From Clostridiales bacterium (GTDB lineage Bacteria > Bacillota > Dehalobacteriia > UBA4068), in assembly GCA_009783415.1 (NCBI GenBank), contig WRHF01000001.1:1-49213 (forward strand): a stretch of 49,213 nt of DNA. Direction: 5' to 3'. The notes below the pieces were generated by a model. That model ran no database searches. It worked only from the letters and a program-made list of their open reading frames with translations, and was not told where the DNA came from. The position numbers and the translations under genes were made by a program. Shown piece after piece: positions 1 through 8,752 of the stretch. How positions within the stretch are numbered: the first letter of the stretch is position 1; every line of letters begins with the position of its first letter.

Positions 1-515
1 GTTTCGAAAAAAACAAAAACCCCCGGACCGGTGACCATGCCCCCGGAAATACCCCCCCGCCGCTTCTCCCCGCCGGAAAGAGCAAAGGGCTGACGCTGAA
101 TAAAGGCGTGCGGTTCCAGGCCCACCATGATCAGAGCAGCCGTTACCAAGCCCGGCAGATCCATCTGGGCAGCCCCGAAATTTTTGGCGCCGAAAGCCAC
201 GTCCTCAAAAACCGTTTCCCCAAAAAGCTGCTGCTCCGGGTATTGAAAGACCATTCCAACCTGGCGAAAGGTCCCTTTTTTAGAGAGCCGCACCCCACCG
301 ATATCCATAATACCCTCATCCTGGTAAATTATCCCACTGATGATTTGAGCCAAGGTGCTTTTGCCGCTGCCGCTATGCCCAATCAAGGCCACCATCTCGC
401 CCTGATCGATCACAAGATTGATATCCACCAAAGCAGGCCGAGCGCCTTTTTGGTAGGTGAAACTAACGTTTGTTAATTTTATCTGCCCCGGAATTCCGAT
501 TTCATTTTCTACCAT
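1..515 (-). CDS. ecfA2: ECF transporter ATP-binding subunit, N-terminal part (gene continues beyond window start)
   Basis: Own translation of the minus strand from ATG 515-513 gives MVENEIGIPGQIKLTNVSFTYQKG... It has Walker A GHSGSGKST, Q-loop MVFQYPEQQLF and signature LSGGEKRR. It is open to base 1, so it is absent from the ORF track. It follows ecfA1 as in rplQ-ecfA-ecfA'-ecfT clusters. Confidence 0.85.
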   Translation of the reverse strand, partial: MVENEIGIPGQIKLTNVSFTYQKGARPALVDINLVIDQGEMVALIGHSGSGKSTLAQIISGIIYQDEGIMDIGGVRLSKKGTFRQVGMVFQYPEQQLFGETVFEDVAFGAKNFGAAQMDLPGLVTAALIMVGLEPHAFIQRQPFALSGGEKRRGGISGGMVTGPGVFVFFE

Positions 516-562
516 ACCTATTACCTATCACCTATTACCTATTACCTATTTTCTATTACCTG
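514..562. repeat. heptamer-arm element, orphan arm
   Basis: ATACCTA TTACCTA TCACCTA TTACCTA TTACCTA TTTTCTA TTACCTG (7 x 7 nt). It spans the ecfA1 stop (542-544) and the ecfA2 start (513-515). No complementary arm lies in the window. Confidence 0.85.
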
Positions 563-1363
563 GTATTTAAGTTGCAGCAATTTAGCTACAAGCTCCGGCA
601 CACTAGACACCCCCGTTAAACCTAACCTCGCTCCCAGCCTGTAAATATCCGGTTGTTCCAGGCCCAGGCGGGTAAAATCAGGGAAGGCAAAAATTTCTTT
701 CGGGGCGCCTTCGGCAATTAGATGCCCCTGTTCCAATATTATCACCCGCTGGGCCAGATATGCCTCTTCCATTATGTTGGTAACATAAATAATGCCCAAT
801 CCCAGCTCCTTGTGGAGATACTGCAGAGTTTCTATTACGGAAAGGCGGAGACTGGGATCCAGCATAGAAGTGGGCTCATCCAATACCAAATAGCGGGAAG
901 CCATAGCTAAGGCCCCTGCTATCGCCACCCGCTGCTTTTCTCCGCCGGAGAGTAAATGAGGCGGTTTTTTTCTTAGATCTGCCAGATTTGTAATAGCCAA
1001 AGCATCTTCTACCCGCCGGGTGATTTCCTGGGAGGAGAGACCCAGGTTTTCCGGACCGAAAGCAATGTCATCCTCAACCGTTGTGGCTACCAGCTGATTA
1101 TCCGGGTTTTGAAAAACAAAAGCCACCTGTTCCCGCAGCTGCCACAATTCTTCCTGGTTCCGGCTGTCAAGACCCTCTACCAACACCCGGCCTGCCGCAG
1201 GCAGCAGCAGCCCGTTAAGATGCCGGGCCAGGGTACTTTTGCCGGAACCATTGGGGCCAATGATTGCCAGCCACTGTCCCTGGGGTATGGTGAGGTTAAT
1301 ATCATGGAGAATGGTAGGGCCGCCCTCTTCATAAGCAAAGCTGACCCCTTCGACTTCGATCAT
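542..1363 (-). CDS. ecfA1: ECF transporter ATP-binding subunit
   Basis: 273-aa ORF with Walker A GPNGSGKST, signature LSGGEKQRVAIAGALA and Walker B YLVLDEPTSMLD. It lies directly downstream of rplQ. Confidence 0.93.
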   Translation of the reverse strand: MIEVEGVSFAYEEGGPTILHDINLTIPQGQWLAIIGPNGSGKSTLARHLNGLLLPAAGRVLVEGLDSRNQEELWQLREQVAFVFQNPDNQLVATTVEDDIAFGPENLGLSSQEITRRVEDALAITNLADLRKKPPHLLSGGEKQRVAIAGALAMASRYLVLDEPTSMLDPSLRLSVIETLQYLHKELGLGIIYVTNIMEEAYLAQRVIILEQGHLIAEGAPKEIFAFPDFTRLGLEQPDIYRLGARLGLTGVSSVPELVAKLLQLKYQVIENR

Positions 1364-1383
1364 GGATTACCTCCAAGATAATA

Positions 1384-1412
1384 TAGAAAAGCGAGGACAG
1401 CAGGCTGTCCTC
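1384..1412 (-). terminator. intrinsic terminator/attenuator after rplQ
   Basis: Minus strand: GAGGACAG-cctg-CTGTCCTC followed by GCTTTTCTATAT. Confidence 0.45.
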
Positions 1413-1436
1413 TTATCTATCTTCTTCTTTTAATTT

Positions 1437-1775
1437 TTAAACAAGTTCCAACAAAACCATTTGGGCTCCATCGCCCCGTCTTTGCTGCAGGCGGACAATC
1501 CTGGTATAGCCGCCCTGGCGTTCTTTATATTGACCGCTGATGTCCTCAAACAGCTTAGTCACCACATCTTCTTCCAGCAAAAATGCTAAAGCCCGCCGCC
1601 GTGCCGCCAGATCGCCCTGTTTGGCTACGGTGATCATTTTTTCAGCAATGCTTGCCAATTCCTTGGCCCGGGGTTCGGTTGTGGTTATTTTGCCATGTTT
1701 GAACAAAGACGTAGCCGCATTGCGCATCATAGCCCGGCGATGAGCGCTTTTTACTCCTAATCTACGGTAAGCCAA
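1437..1775 (-). CDS. rplQ: 50S ribosomal protein L17
   Basis: ORF 1437-1781. Start moved to in-frame TTG 1775 (GGAGG about 8 nt upstream), giving [19 protein letters not shown]. Last gene of the alpha operon. Confidence 0.95.
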   Translation of the reverse strand: MAYRRLGVKSAHRRAMMRNAATSLFKHGKITTTEPRAKELASIAEKMITVAKQGDLAARRRALAFLLEEDVVTKLFEDISGQYKERQGGYTRIVRLQQRRGDGAQMVLLELV

Positions 1776-1783
1776 TTGCAAAA

Positions 1784-1815
1784 CCTCCTAGCACGGGTTT
1801 CACCCGCAAGTATTC
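1784..1815. repeat. conserved SD-proximal hairpin module, copy 1
   Basis: CCTCCTAGCACGGGTTTCACCCGCAAGTATTC is 27/32 identical to 31818-31849. It contains the rplQ SD (reverse complement GGAGG) and the hairpin CGGGT-ttc-ACCCG. Confidence 0.75.
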
Positions 1816-1881
1816 AGAATTCAGAAACCAGAATTCAGAATGTTGGTTGGTTTTCGCTCCACGAAAACGATTGAATTAAAA
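1813..1881. repeat. heptamer-arm element, half copy (arm + core)
   Basis: Arm TTCAGAA TTCAGAA ACCAGAA TTCAGAA at 1813-1840. Core hairpin GTTTTCG-ctcca-CGAAAAC at 1850-1868. Box GATTGAATTAAAA at 1869-1881. rpoA-rplQ spacer. Confidence 0.8.
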
Positions 1882-1915
1882 TCTTTATTATTAACTTGCC
1901 TAAAGTGACTCATAT

Positions 1916-2863
1916 TTACTCGTCCGGTCTTTTTAAGGTCAAGCCTAGACTTTCCAATTTAGCCACAACCTCTTCCAAGGATTTACGGCCCAGATTACGT
2001 ACCTTCATCATTTCTTCCTCGGTTTTGGCAGCCAGTTCATGGGTAGTATGGATCCCTGCCCGCTTCAGACAGTTATAAGAACGGACAGATAGATCCAGTT
2101 CTTCTATGGTCATCTCAAGCAGCTTATTCTTTTTGCCTTCCTCTTTTTCCACCTGGCCTATCTCATCCATAGGCGTCTCAGTCAATACCGCAAACAGGTT
2201 CAAATATTCACTGAGGATCCTGGCGGAGGTACTAAGGGCATAATCAGGAGAAATAGTACGGTCGGTCCAGATATCCACTGTCAGCTTATCATAGTCCGTA
2301 TGCTGGCCCACCCGGGTATCCTGCACCGCAAAATTAACCTTAAGCACCGGGGAAAAGAGAGAATCTACAGGAATGATCCCAATGGGCTGGCCTTCTTTTT
2401 TATTCTTATCCGCGCCTACATAACCCCGGCCTTTTTCTACGGAAATTTCCATAGAAATCTCGCCGCTCTCATCCAGGGTGGCAATATAATGCTCTGGGTT
2501 AAGAATTTCCACATCGGCCCCGCATTTAATATCACCGCCGCTGATCACGCAAGGGCCTTTGGCATCAATATAAATAGTGTTGCTCTCCTCATTGTGCAGC
2601 TTGACAGCTAATCCCTTCAGGTTGAGGATAATATCGGTAATATCCTCGACCACGCCCGGGGCCGTAGTAAATTCATGCAAAACCCCGTCGATTTTAACGG
2701 CGGTGACCGCTGCCCCGGCTAAGGAAGAGAGAAGCACCCGGCGCAGGGCATTGCCCAAGGTGGTGCCATAGCCTCTTTCCAGGGGCTCAACGACAAATTT
2801 GCCATAGGAATTGTCTTCGGCCATTTCCACGCATTGAATTTTCGGCTTTTCAATCCCAAACAA
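1916..2863 (-). CDS. rpoA: DNA-directed RNA polymerase subunit alpha
   Basis: 315-aa ORF with TTG start and AGGAGGG upstream. [33 protein letters not shown] is typical of the RpoA N-terminal domain. Lies between rpsD and rplQ. Confidence 0.97.
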   Translation of the reverse strand: MFGIEKPKIQCVEMAEDNSYGKFVVEPLERGYGTTLGNALRRVLLSSLAGAAVTAVKIDGVLHEFTTAPGVVEDITDIILNLKGLAVKLHNEESNTIYIDAKGPCVISGGDIKCGADVEILNPEHYIATLDESGEISMEISVEKGRGYVGADKNKKEGQPIGIIPVDSLFSPVLKVNFAVQDTRVGQHTDYDKLTVDIWTDRTISPDYALSTSARILSEYLNLFAVLTETPMDEIGQVEKEEGKKNKLLEMTIEELDLSVRSYNCLKRAGIHTTHELAAKTEEEMMKVRNLGRKSLEEVVAKLESLGLTLKRPDE

Positions 2864-2917
2864 TTTTCTTTCGCCCTCCTTATTTTCCTATTCTCTCACC
2901 AAACCCACTCCCAGTGA

Positions 2918-3544
2918 TTAACGGGAATACAATTCAACTATCAGTTGCTCGTTGATTTCCAAATCAACATCTTCCCGGCTGGGCAAGGCTATAACTTTGC
3001 CCACCAGGTTGGGCTTATCCAGATCCAGCCAGGCCGGAGCATTATGAGAGCCAAGATTCTGAGCATAGCCTTGCAGCTTGGGCGAGGATTTGCTTTTCTC
3101 TTTGACAGCTATCATATCTCCCGCCTTCACCAAAAAGGAAGGGATGTTGACCTTGCGTCCATTAACAGTAAAATGACCATGGCGTACCAACTGACGGGCA
3201 TCTACCCTGGAGCTGGCAAAACCCAAACGATAAGCTACATTATCCAAACGCCGCTCCAAAAGCCGCAGCAAATTCTCGCCGGTAACGCCTTTTTGGCGAT
3301 CCGCTTTTTCAAAATAGATCCGAAATTGTTTTTCCAAAATACCGTATATACGGCGGACTTTTTGCTTTTCCCTCAGCTGAATGCCATATTCCGAAACCTT
3401 TTTCCGGGATTGACCATGCTGCCCCGGAGCATAGCTGCGCACTGTAACGGAACATTTATCCGAATAGCAACGGTCGCCCTTCAGATACAATTTCATGCCC
3501 TCGCGCCGGCAAAGACGGCACACAGGGCCGGTATATCTTGCCAT
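2918..3544 (-). CDS. rpsD: 30S ribosomal protein S4
   Basis: 208-aa ORF beginning [26 protein letters not shown]; alpha-operon position. Confidence 0.97.
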   Translation of the reverse strand: MARYTGPVCRLCRREGMKLYLKGDRCYSDKCSVTVRSYAPGQHGQSRKKVSEYGIQLREKQKVRRIYGILEKQFRIYFEKADRQKGVTGENLLRLLERRLDNVAYRLGFASSRVDARQLVRHGHFTVNGRKVNIPSFLVKAGDMIAVKEKSKSSPKLQGYAQNLGSHNAPAWLDLDKPNLVGKVIALPSREDVDLEINEQLIVELYSR

Positions 3545-3579
3545 ATCGGTCCTCCTCCTAAACTGCTCCTAAAGGAGCG

Positions 3580-3656
3580 GAGTTTTGAGTTTTGAGTTCT
3601 CAACTTTGAGTTTTCAATTGTTGTAGCTTTTGCTGGGCAAAAGCTATCGAATTAAA
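3580..3656. repeat. heptamer-arm element, half copy (arm + core)
   Basis: Arm GAGTTTT GAGTTTT GAGTTCT CAACTTT GAGTTTT at 3580-3614. Core hairpin AGCTTTTGC-tgg-GCAAAAGCT at 3625-3645. Box ATCGAATTAAA at 3646-3656 overlaps the rpsK stop. Confidence 0.8.
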
Positions 3657-4041
3657 CTCTTCTTCTTTTGGGTGGGCGGCAGCCATTATGGGGAATGGGG
3701 GTTACGTCTTTGATCATACTGATCTCCAAGCCTGCCGCCTGCAAAGAACGGATAGCCGCCTCCCGGCCGGAGCCGGGGCCCTTTACCAGGCATTCGACTT
3801 GACGCATCCCATGTTCCATAGCTTCTTTAGCCGCGGTTTCCGCCGCCATTTGAGCCGCAAAGGGAGTGCTTTTACGCGAACCCTTAAAACCCATTGCCCC
3901 TGCGGAAGACCAAGCCACCGCATTACCAAGCTTATCGGTAATAGTAACTATGGTATTATTGAAGGTGGACTGGATATGGGCCACCCCAGAGTCAATATTT
4001 TTTCTTTCTTTTTTTCTTCTGCTAGTTTGTCTGCGAGGCAA
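3652..4041 (-). CDS. rpsK: 30S ribosomal protein S11
   Basis: ORF 3652-4047. Start moved to in-frame TTG 4041 (AGGAAGGGGG about 8 nt upstream), giving [30 protein letters not shown]. Confidence 0.95.
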   Translation of the reverse strand: MPRRQTSRRKKERKNIDSGVAHIQSTFNNTIVTITDKLGNAVAWSSAGAMGFKGSRKSTPFAAQMAAETAAKEAMEHGMRQVECLVKGPGSGREAAIRSLQAAGLEISMIKDVTPIPHNGCRPPKRRRV

Positions 4042-4059
4042 ATACAAGACCCCCTTCCT

Positions 4060-4431
4060 TTATTTCTTTCTTCTGACGCCCACAGTCCGTTTGGGACCTT
4101 TGCGGGTCCGGGCGTTGGTTTTGGTATTTTGACCGCGTACGGGCAGGCCGCGGCGGTGGCGAATCCCCCGATAGCAGCTAATCTCGGAAAGCCGCTTGAT
4201 ATTGAGGGCAATGTCCCGGCGCAGGTCGCCTTCTACCTGACAGGTTCGGTCAATAACTTCGCGGATTCTCCCCGCCTCATCCTCGGTGAGGTTCTTGACC
4301 CGGGTATCAGGATTTACGCCTGCTTCAGCCAGAATTCTTTGGGAAGAGGACAAGCCGATACCAAAAATATAGGTCAGACCAATTTCTACCCTTTTATCCC
4401 TGGGCAGGTCAACACCAGCGATACGTGCCAT
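4060..4431 (-). CDS. rpsM: 30S ribosomal protein S13
   Basis: 123-aa ORF beginning [26 protein letters not shown]. Confidence 0.97.
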   Translation of the reverse strand: MARIAGVDLPRDKRVEIGLTYIFGIGLSSSQRILAEAGVNPDTRVKNLTEDEAGRIREVIDRTCQVEGDLRRDIALNIKRLSEISCYRGIRHRRGLPVRGQNTKTNARTRKGPKRTVGVRRKK

Positions 4432-4460
4432 TTAGTTAAAACACCTCCATCTGAATAGCA

Positions 4461-4572
4461 GTTTTGAGTGTTGAGTGTTGAATTTTGAGTGTTTGTAAAA
4501 ACACTCCGTGTTTTATTGATTGAAAAAAAGGATTTTCAACACTCAACACTCAAAACTCACAACTCATAACTC
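4461..4572. repeat. heptamer-arm hairpin element, full copy
   Basis: 5' arm GTTTTGA GTGTTGA GTGTTGA ATTTTGA GTGTT at 4461-4493. Core hairpin AAAACAC-tcc-GTGTTTT at 4498-4514. 3' arm CAACACT CAACACT CAAAACT CACAACT CATAACTC at 4537-4572. rpmJ-rpsM spacer. Confidence 0.88.
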
Positions 4573-4606
4573 CCAAGGGTGAGCTCCAAAGGGGCTCACC
4601 CTTGGG
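4572..4606 (-). other. 13-bp hairpin overlapping the rpmJ 3' end
   Basis: CCCAAGGGTGAGC (4572-4584) pairs with GCTCACCCTTGGG (4594-4606) across a 9-nt loop. It covers the last three codons and the stop of rpmJ. No U-tract follows on the minus strand. Confidence 0.6.
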
Positions 4607-4709
4607 TTTGTTTGTGTTTGGTATTACGGCAAATAACCATTACTTTGCCTCTTCTTTTGATGATTTTGCACTTTTCGCAAATAGGTTTGACAGAAGCCCG
4701 AACCTTCAT
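4596..4709 (-). CDS. rpmJ: 50S ribosomal protein L36 (zinc-binding type)
   Basis: In-frame ATG 4709 inside ORF 4596-4784 with AAAGGGGG upstream. 37 aa: [37 protein letters not shown]. Confidence 0.95.
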   Translation of the reverse strand: MKVRASVKPICEKCKIIKRRGKVMVICRNTKHKQTQG

Positions 4710-4732
4710 AGCAAAAACCCCCTTTAAATTCA

Positions 4733-4791
4733 GTGAATAATGAATAGTGAATAGTGAATAGTTGTGGTAGGTTTTGCTGCGCAAAACAACA
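4733..4791. repeat. heptamer-arm element, arm + core (3' arm degenerate)
   Basis: Arm GTGAATA ATGAATA GTGAATA GTGAATA at 4733-4760. Core hairpin GTTTTGC-tgc-GCAAAAC at 4771-4787. infA-rpmJ spacer. Confidence 0.8.
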
Positions 4792-4830
4792 ACTAACGGC
4801 TTTGTTTTCAGCTATTACCATTAATTGTTT

Positions 4831-5049
4831 TTATTTGTAGCGGTAAACAATTCGACCCCTTTTCAGGTCGTAGGGACTTACTTCCACCGTTACCCTGTCC
4901 CCGGGTAAAATCCTGATATAGTTGGTGCGGATCTTACCGGAAATGTGAGCAAGAACCCGGTGGCCGTTGGCCAGCTCTACCTGAAACATGGCATTGGGCA
5001 AGGGCTCTACCACGATGCCGTCAACTTCGATTGCGTCTTGTTTAGACAA
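4831..5049 (-). CDS. infA: translation initiation factor IF-1
   Basis: ORF 4831-5094. Start moved to TTG 5049 (AAAGGAGCGGGG upstream), giving 72 aa: [39 protein letters not shown]. Confidence 0.93.
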   Translation of the reverse strand: MSKQDAIEVDGIVVEPLPNAMFQVELANGHRVLAHISGKIRTNYIRILPGDRVTVEVSPYDLKRGRIVYRYK

Positions 5050-5125
5050 CTGCCCCGCTCCTTTCTTTTGAACCCGGTAAAACCGGATTCTCAATCCCCA
5101 CTTTTTGGTAACAAGTTGTTACTGA

Positions 5126-5446
5126 TCAATCAGTTTCTGCTAAGCTGCTCAGAAAAAAGGAAATATGCTCCTTGCGCAAGTGCTGACCGTTTTCCAGCCT
5201 GCTCACAAAATCAGCCGCTATTTTGTGAGTGGGCTGCAAATGGCAGCGATTTTTGGCTTTGGGATTGGCCGCACCTCTTTTTTTACCGTCCACCAAAAGA
5301 ACCCGTTCCTTTGAGGTGGCCAGCACCAGATACCAATGGCCTTTATCCCGCCCTGCCTTGGAACGTACCAGCTGACCGGGACGCAAATCCGGCAGAGCTA
5401 AATCTTTGGTAGTAATTGAGGACTTCTCTTCCGCAAAGTTTGTCAT
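5126..5446 (-). CDS. KOW domain-containing RNA-binding protein
   Basis: 106-aa ORF with a KOW-like segment PGQLVRSKAGRDKGHWYLVL. It occupies the slot between adk and infA seen in many Clostridia. Confidence 0.75.
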   Translation of the reverse strand: MTNFAEEKSSITTKDLALPDLRPGQLVRSKAGRDKGHWYLVLATSKERVLLVDGKKRGAANPKAKNRCHLQPTHKIAADFVSRLENGQHLRKEHISFFLSSLAETD

Positions 5447-5543
5447 TAGCCTTTAAGCCTCACGCATTTATCCATTTTCAGAAATATATTCCTTTTTACC
5501 ATATTTTACCAAAAAGCAAACCATCAGGCCGATTTAGTTACTA

Positions 5544-6203
5544 TCAGTCTTTTTCCCAATCCAATCCCAAAACCTGACCCAGCTCCAACATTACGGCATG
5601 GGCAGGCTGGTTTCCGTTGATAAACTGCAAGGTTTTTCGCTTTTCATAATAAGCAATCAAAGGCGCCGTTTGTACCTCATAAACTTCCAGCCGCTTTTGT
5701 ACGGAGGCCTCGCAGTCATCAGTCCGCTGATAAAGAGATCCTCCGCAAGCATCGCACAGACCTTCGGTTTTTGTAGGACTATATAGCTGATGGTAAATTG
5801 TTCCGCATTGCAGGCAACCTCTGCGTCCGGTTAAGCGCTCAAGCAGGAGTTCCAAAGGCACTTGAATATTCAGCACCACATCAATGGCATTGTCATTGGC
5901 AGCCAGCATGGCGTCCAGGGCTTCGGCCTGGGGCAAAGTACGCGGAAAGCCATCCAGCAAATAGCCTTCCCGGCAATCGGGCCGGCCGATCCGGTCCCGG
6001 ATAATATCCAAAATGATATTATCGGGAACCAACTGGCCTTTATCCATATAGGCCTTTGCTTTTTGTCCCAGTTCCATGCCGGATCCCATCACAGCCCGCA
6101 ACATATCCCCGGTGGAAATATGGGGCAAAAAGAGTTTCTTACTCAACATATCCGCCTGGGTACCCTTACCGGCCCCGGGAGGACCAAGAAGGATTATGCG
6201 CAT
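5544..6203 (-). CDS. adk: adenylate kinase
   Basis: 219-aa ORF with P-loop MRIILLGPPGAGKGTQ and a Cys4 lid CLQCG...CDACGG. Confidence 0.97.
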   Translation of the reverse strand: MRIILLGPPGAGKGTQADMLSKKLFLPHISTGDMLRAVMGSGMELGQKAKAYMDKGQLVPDNIILDIIRDRIGRPDCREGYLLDGFPRTLPQAEALDAMLAANDNAIDVVLNIQVPLELLLERLTGRRGCLQCGTIYHQLYSPTKTEGLCDACGGSLYQRTDDCEASVQKRLEVYEVQTAPLIAYYEKRKTLQFINGNQPAHAVMLELGQVLGLDWEKD

Positions 6204-6209
6204 GATTTT

Positions 6210-7463
6210 TTACCTCATAAAGCCTTCATAGTGGCGTAATAAGAGATGTGATTCGATTTGTTTCATAGTATCTAAAGCCACACCAACGGCAATCAGCAAT
6301 GAGGTGCCGCCAAAAGAAAAGTTCTGTCCACTGACAGCCATGGCTATGCTCGGCATAATAGCAATAAGCGTGAGAAAAATTGCTCCCGCAAAAGTAATAC
6401 GGGAAAGTACCCGGTCCAAATATTCCGCAGTGGGGCGGCCGGGACGTAAACCGGGAATGAAGCCGCCATATTTTTTCAGGTTATCCGCCACATCATTGGT
6501 GTTGAAGGTGACGGCGGTATAGAAATAGGTGAAAACCAGAATCAACAAGCCGTAAGTGACCACATAAACCGGGTGTTGCATATTGAAAATCTTGCTGATA
6601 AAACTGGAGAAACCGCCTTCGGGGAAAAAGTTTGCAAACATACTTGGTATCATCAAAATCGACATAGCAAAGATAATGGGGATAACCCCGGCCTGATTGA
6701 TCTTGATGGGGACATGGGTGCTTTGACCGCCATAGGTCTTGCGGCCTACCACCCGTTTGGCATATTGCACAGGGATTTTCCGCTGAGCCTCCTGCACCGT
6801 TACAATACCTGCAATGACCAAAATGGCCAGAATAAGGAAGAGCAGTACGGTAATAATGCTCATATCGCGATTGCTGATAAGATTCCACACAGTTACAGCT
6901 CCGGTGGGGATCCGGGAAACGATACCGGCGAAGATGATCAGGGAAATACCATTACCAATGCCTTTTTCCGTAATCAGCTCACCCAGCCACATCAAGAACG
7001 CGGTACCTGCGGTAAGAGAGATGGTGGAAATCACTACACTGGCCCAGCTTGGATTGGTAAAAGCCGAGCGCAGCATCATAGACATACCAAAAGCCTGAAA
7101 GAGCCCCAAGACTACCGTACCGTAACGGGTATATTGGGTCATTTTTTTGCGGCCTTCAGGTCCCTCTTTTTGCAGTTTTTCGAAGTAAGGGATAACCATG
7201 GTCAATAGATTCAAAATAATTGAGGCATTAATATAAGGGATAATGCCCATGGCAAAGACAGTGAATCTTTTCAATGATCCGCCGGAGACAATATCCAGCC
7301 AACCGAAAATCTGGGCCCCCATCAAACTGGAAAGAGCATCCGGGTCGATCCCGGGTATAGGCACATGGGCGCCCAGCCTGAAGATCAGGAACATCAACAA
7401 GGTGAACATTATTTTCTTTCTTAATTCCTCAACCTTCCATATTCCTGACAAGGATGATAGCAT
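6210..7463 (-). CDS. secY: preprotein translocase subunit SecY
   Basis: 417-aa polytopic membrane ORF between rplO and adk. Confidence 0.97.
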   Translation of the reverse strand: MLSSLSGIWKVEELRKKIMFTLLMFLIFRLGAHVPIPGIDPDALSSLMGAQIFGWLDIVSGGSLKRFTVFAMGIIPYINASIILNLLTMVIPYFEKLQKEGPEGRKKMTQYTRYGTVVLGLFQAFGMSMMLRSAFTNPSWASVVISTISLTAGTAFLMWLGELITEKGIGNGISLIIFAGIVSRIPTGAVTVWNLISNRDMSIITVLLFLILAILVIAGIVTVQEAQRKIPVQYAKRVVGRKTYGGQSTHVPIKINQAGVIPIIFAMSILMIPSMFANFFPEGGFSSFISKIFNMQHPVYVVTYGLLILVFTYFYTAVTFNTNDVADNLKKYGGFIPGLRPGRPTAEYLDRVLSRITFAGAIFLTLIAIMPSIAMAVSGQNFSFGGTSLLIAVGVALDTMKQIESHLLLRHYEGFMR

Positions 7464-7901
7464 TTATATCACCTCTACTTTACCGCCGGCTGCGGTGATT
7501 TCCTCTGCGGCCTTCTTGGAAGCCGGGCATTGCACTGTCAATTGTTTGGTCAGGGTCCCGTTGGCTAAAACTTTGACCCCGTCTTTAGCAGAACGGATAA
7601 TACCTGCCTGCACCAAGGAATTGGCATCCACAACAGAGCCATCTTCAAAGTAGTTTAAGGCAGCCAGATCCACCTTGACGATCTCTTTTCGAAAAATATT
7701 GGTAAAACCCCGCTTAGGCATGCGGCGGGAAAGAGGCATCTGGCCCCCTTCAAAGCCAGGGCGCACACCCCCGCCGGAACGGGACTTTTGGCCCTTATGC
7801 CCCCGGGCGGAAGTTTTACCCTGACCGGAACCGGTGCCTCTGCCAACCCGGGCAGCTTTAGGCCGCGAGCCGGGAGCAGGGGAAAGTTCACTAAGATTCA
7901 T
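7464..7901 (-). CDS. rplO: 50S ribosomal protein L15
   Basis: ORF 7464-7910. ATG 7901 is preferred, giving [31 protein letters not shown]. Confidence 0.95.
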   Translation of the reverse strand: MNLSELSPAPGSRPKAARVGRGTGSGQGKTSARGHKGQKSRSGGGVRPGFEGGQMPLSRRMPKRGFTNIFRKEIVKVDLAALNYFEDGSVVDANSLVQAGIIRSAKDGVKVLANGTLTKQLTVQCPASKKAAEEITAAGGKVEVI

Positions 7902-7922
7902 GGTATACACATCCTTTCTTTC

Positions 7923-8045
7923 AATTAGGAATTAGGAATTAGGAATTAGGAGTTATTGTAGTTTTTGCTGCGCAAAAACAATTAATAAAATACTTTGCGG
8001 AGCAAAGTTACATTAATTCCTCATTCCTCATTCCTCATTCCTAAT
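7923..8045. repeat. heptamer-arm hairpin element, full copy
   Basis: 5' arm (AATTAGG)x4 at 7923-7950. Core hairpins GTTTTTGC-tgc-GCAAAAAC at 7961-7979 and CTTTGC-gga-GCAAAG at 7993-8007. 3' arm AATTCCTC ATTCCTC ATTCCTC ATTCCTAATT at 8015-8045. Confidence 0.9.
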
Positions 8046-8219
8046 TTGTTCAACAGTGAGCAGGTGAGCGATAGTCCGCACTTTACCCAGGATGTCCGGC
8101 GTGTCTTCCTGCACTACTGAGGAATGGAGCTTGCGCAAACCCAAGGATTCGGCGGTTCTGCGTTGAGAGGCCTCATAGCCGATCGGGCTTTTTGTGAGGG
8201 TGATTTTTATTTTCGCCAT
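8028..8219 (-). CDS. rpmD: 50S ribosomal protein L30
   Basis: ATG 8219 inside ORF 8028-8285 gives [28 protein letters not shown], 63 aa. The last codons (IRNEE) and the stop lie in a repeat arm. Confidence 0.94.
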   Translation of the reverse strand: MAKIKITLTKSPIGYEASQRRTAESLGLRKLHSSVVQEDTPDILGKVRTIAHLLTVEQIRNEE

Positions 8220-8232
8220 TTGTTCTCCCTCC

Positions 8233-8739
8233 TTAACCCAAGATTTCCTGAGGGGTTTTGCCGCGCAAGCGGGAAACCTCCTCAACGGTTTTCATGGATT
8301 TCAAACCGGCCAGGGTCGCCTTCACCATATTAACGGCATTGTTGGAGCCCAAAGATTTTGTGAGAATGTTCCGGACGCCGCAACACTCCAAAACCGCCCG
8401 CACCGGGCCGCCCGCAATCACTCCCGTACCTTCGGAAGCAGGCTTGAGCATTACTCTGCCGGCGCCAAAACGGCCAATAGCCTCGTGGGGAATGGTGCCG
8501 TTTAAAATATTGACCTTGTCCATATTCTTTTTGGCATCTTCCACACCTTTACGGATGGCTTCCGGAACTTCCCCGGCTTTACCCATACCGGCGCCTACAT
8601 TACCGTTGCCGTCCCCAACCACAACCAAAGCGCTGAAGCTGAAACGGCGGCCGCCTTTAACAACCTTGGCAACCCGGTTGATATAGACTACTTTCTCCTG
8701 TAACTCTGTTGCATTGGCTTCTTCTTTGATGATAGCCAT
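8233..8739 (-). CDS. rpsE: 30S ribosomal protein S5
   Basis: 168-aa ORF containing [30 protein letters not shown]. Confidence 0.97.
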   Translation of the reverse strand: MAIIKEEANATELQEKVVYINRVAKVVKGGRRFSFSALVVVGDGNGNVGAGMGKAGEVPEAIRKGVEDAKKNMDKVNILNGTIPHEAIGRFGAGRVMLKPASEGTGVIAGGPVRAVLECCGVRNILTKSLGSNNAVNMVKATLAGLKSMKTVEEVSRLRGKTPQEILG

Positions 8740-8752
8740 TACTTAACCTCCT

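Noticed and set aside
108-476. A 122-aa plus-strand ORF at the window start.
   Set aside because: It is antisense to the ecfA2 coding frame, which has clear ABC ATPase motifs.
2945-3595. Long plus-strand ORFs antisense to ribosomal, RNA polymerase and other genes (for example 2945-3595, 3688-4458, 6573-7208, 18521-19132, 26965-28101, 28318-29316; and on the minus strand 37099-37815, 38335-39132, 33357-33866).
   Set aside because: Each lies entirely within a confidently identified gene on the opposite strand. They have no SD and low-complexity or compositionally odd translations. They are shadow ORFs.
5447-5543. Absence of map (methionine aminopeptidase) between adk and infA; I looked for a gene remnant or an element in the 97-nt spacer.
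   Set aside because: There is no reading frame, no heptamer arm and no convincing promoter. map is simply encoded elsewhere in many genomes.
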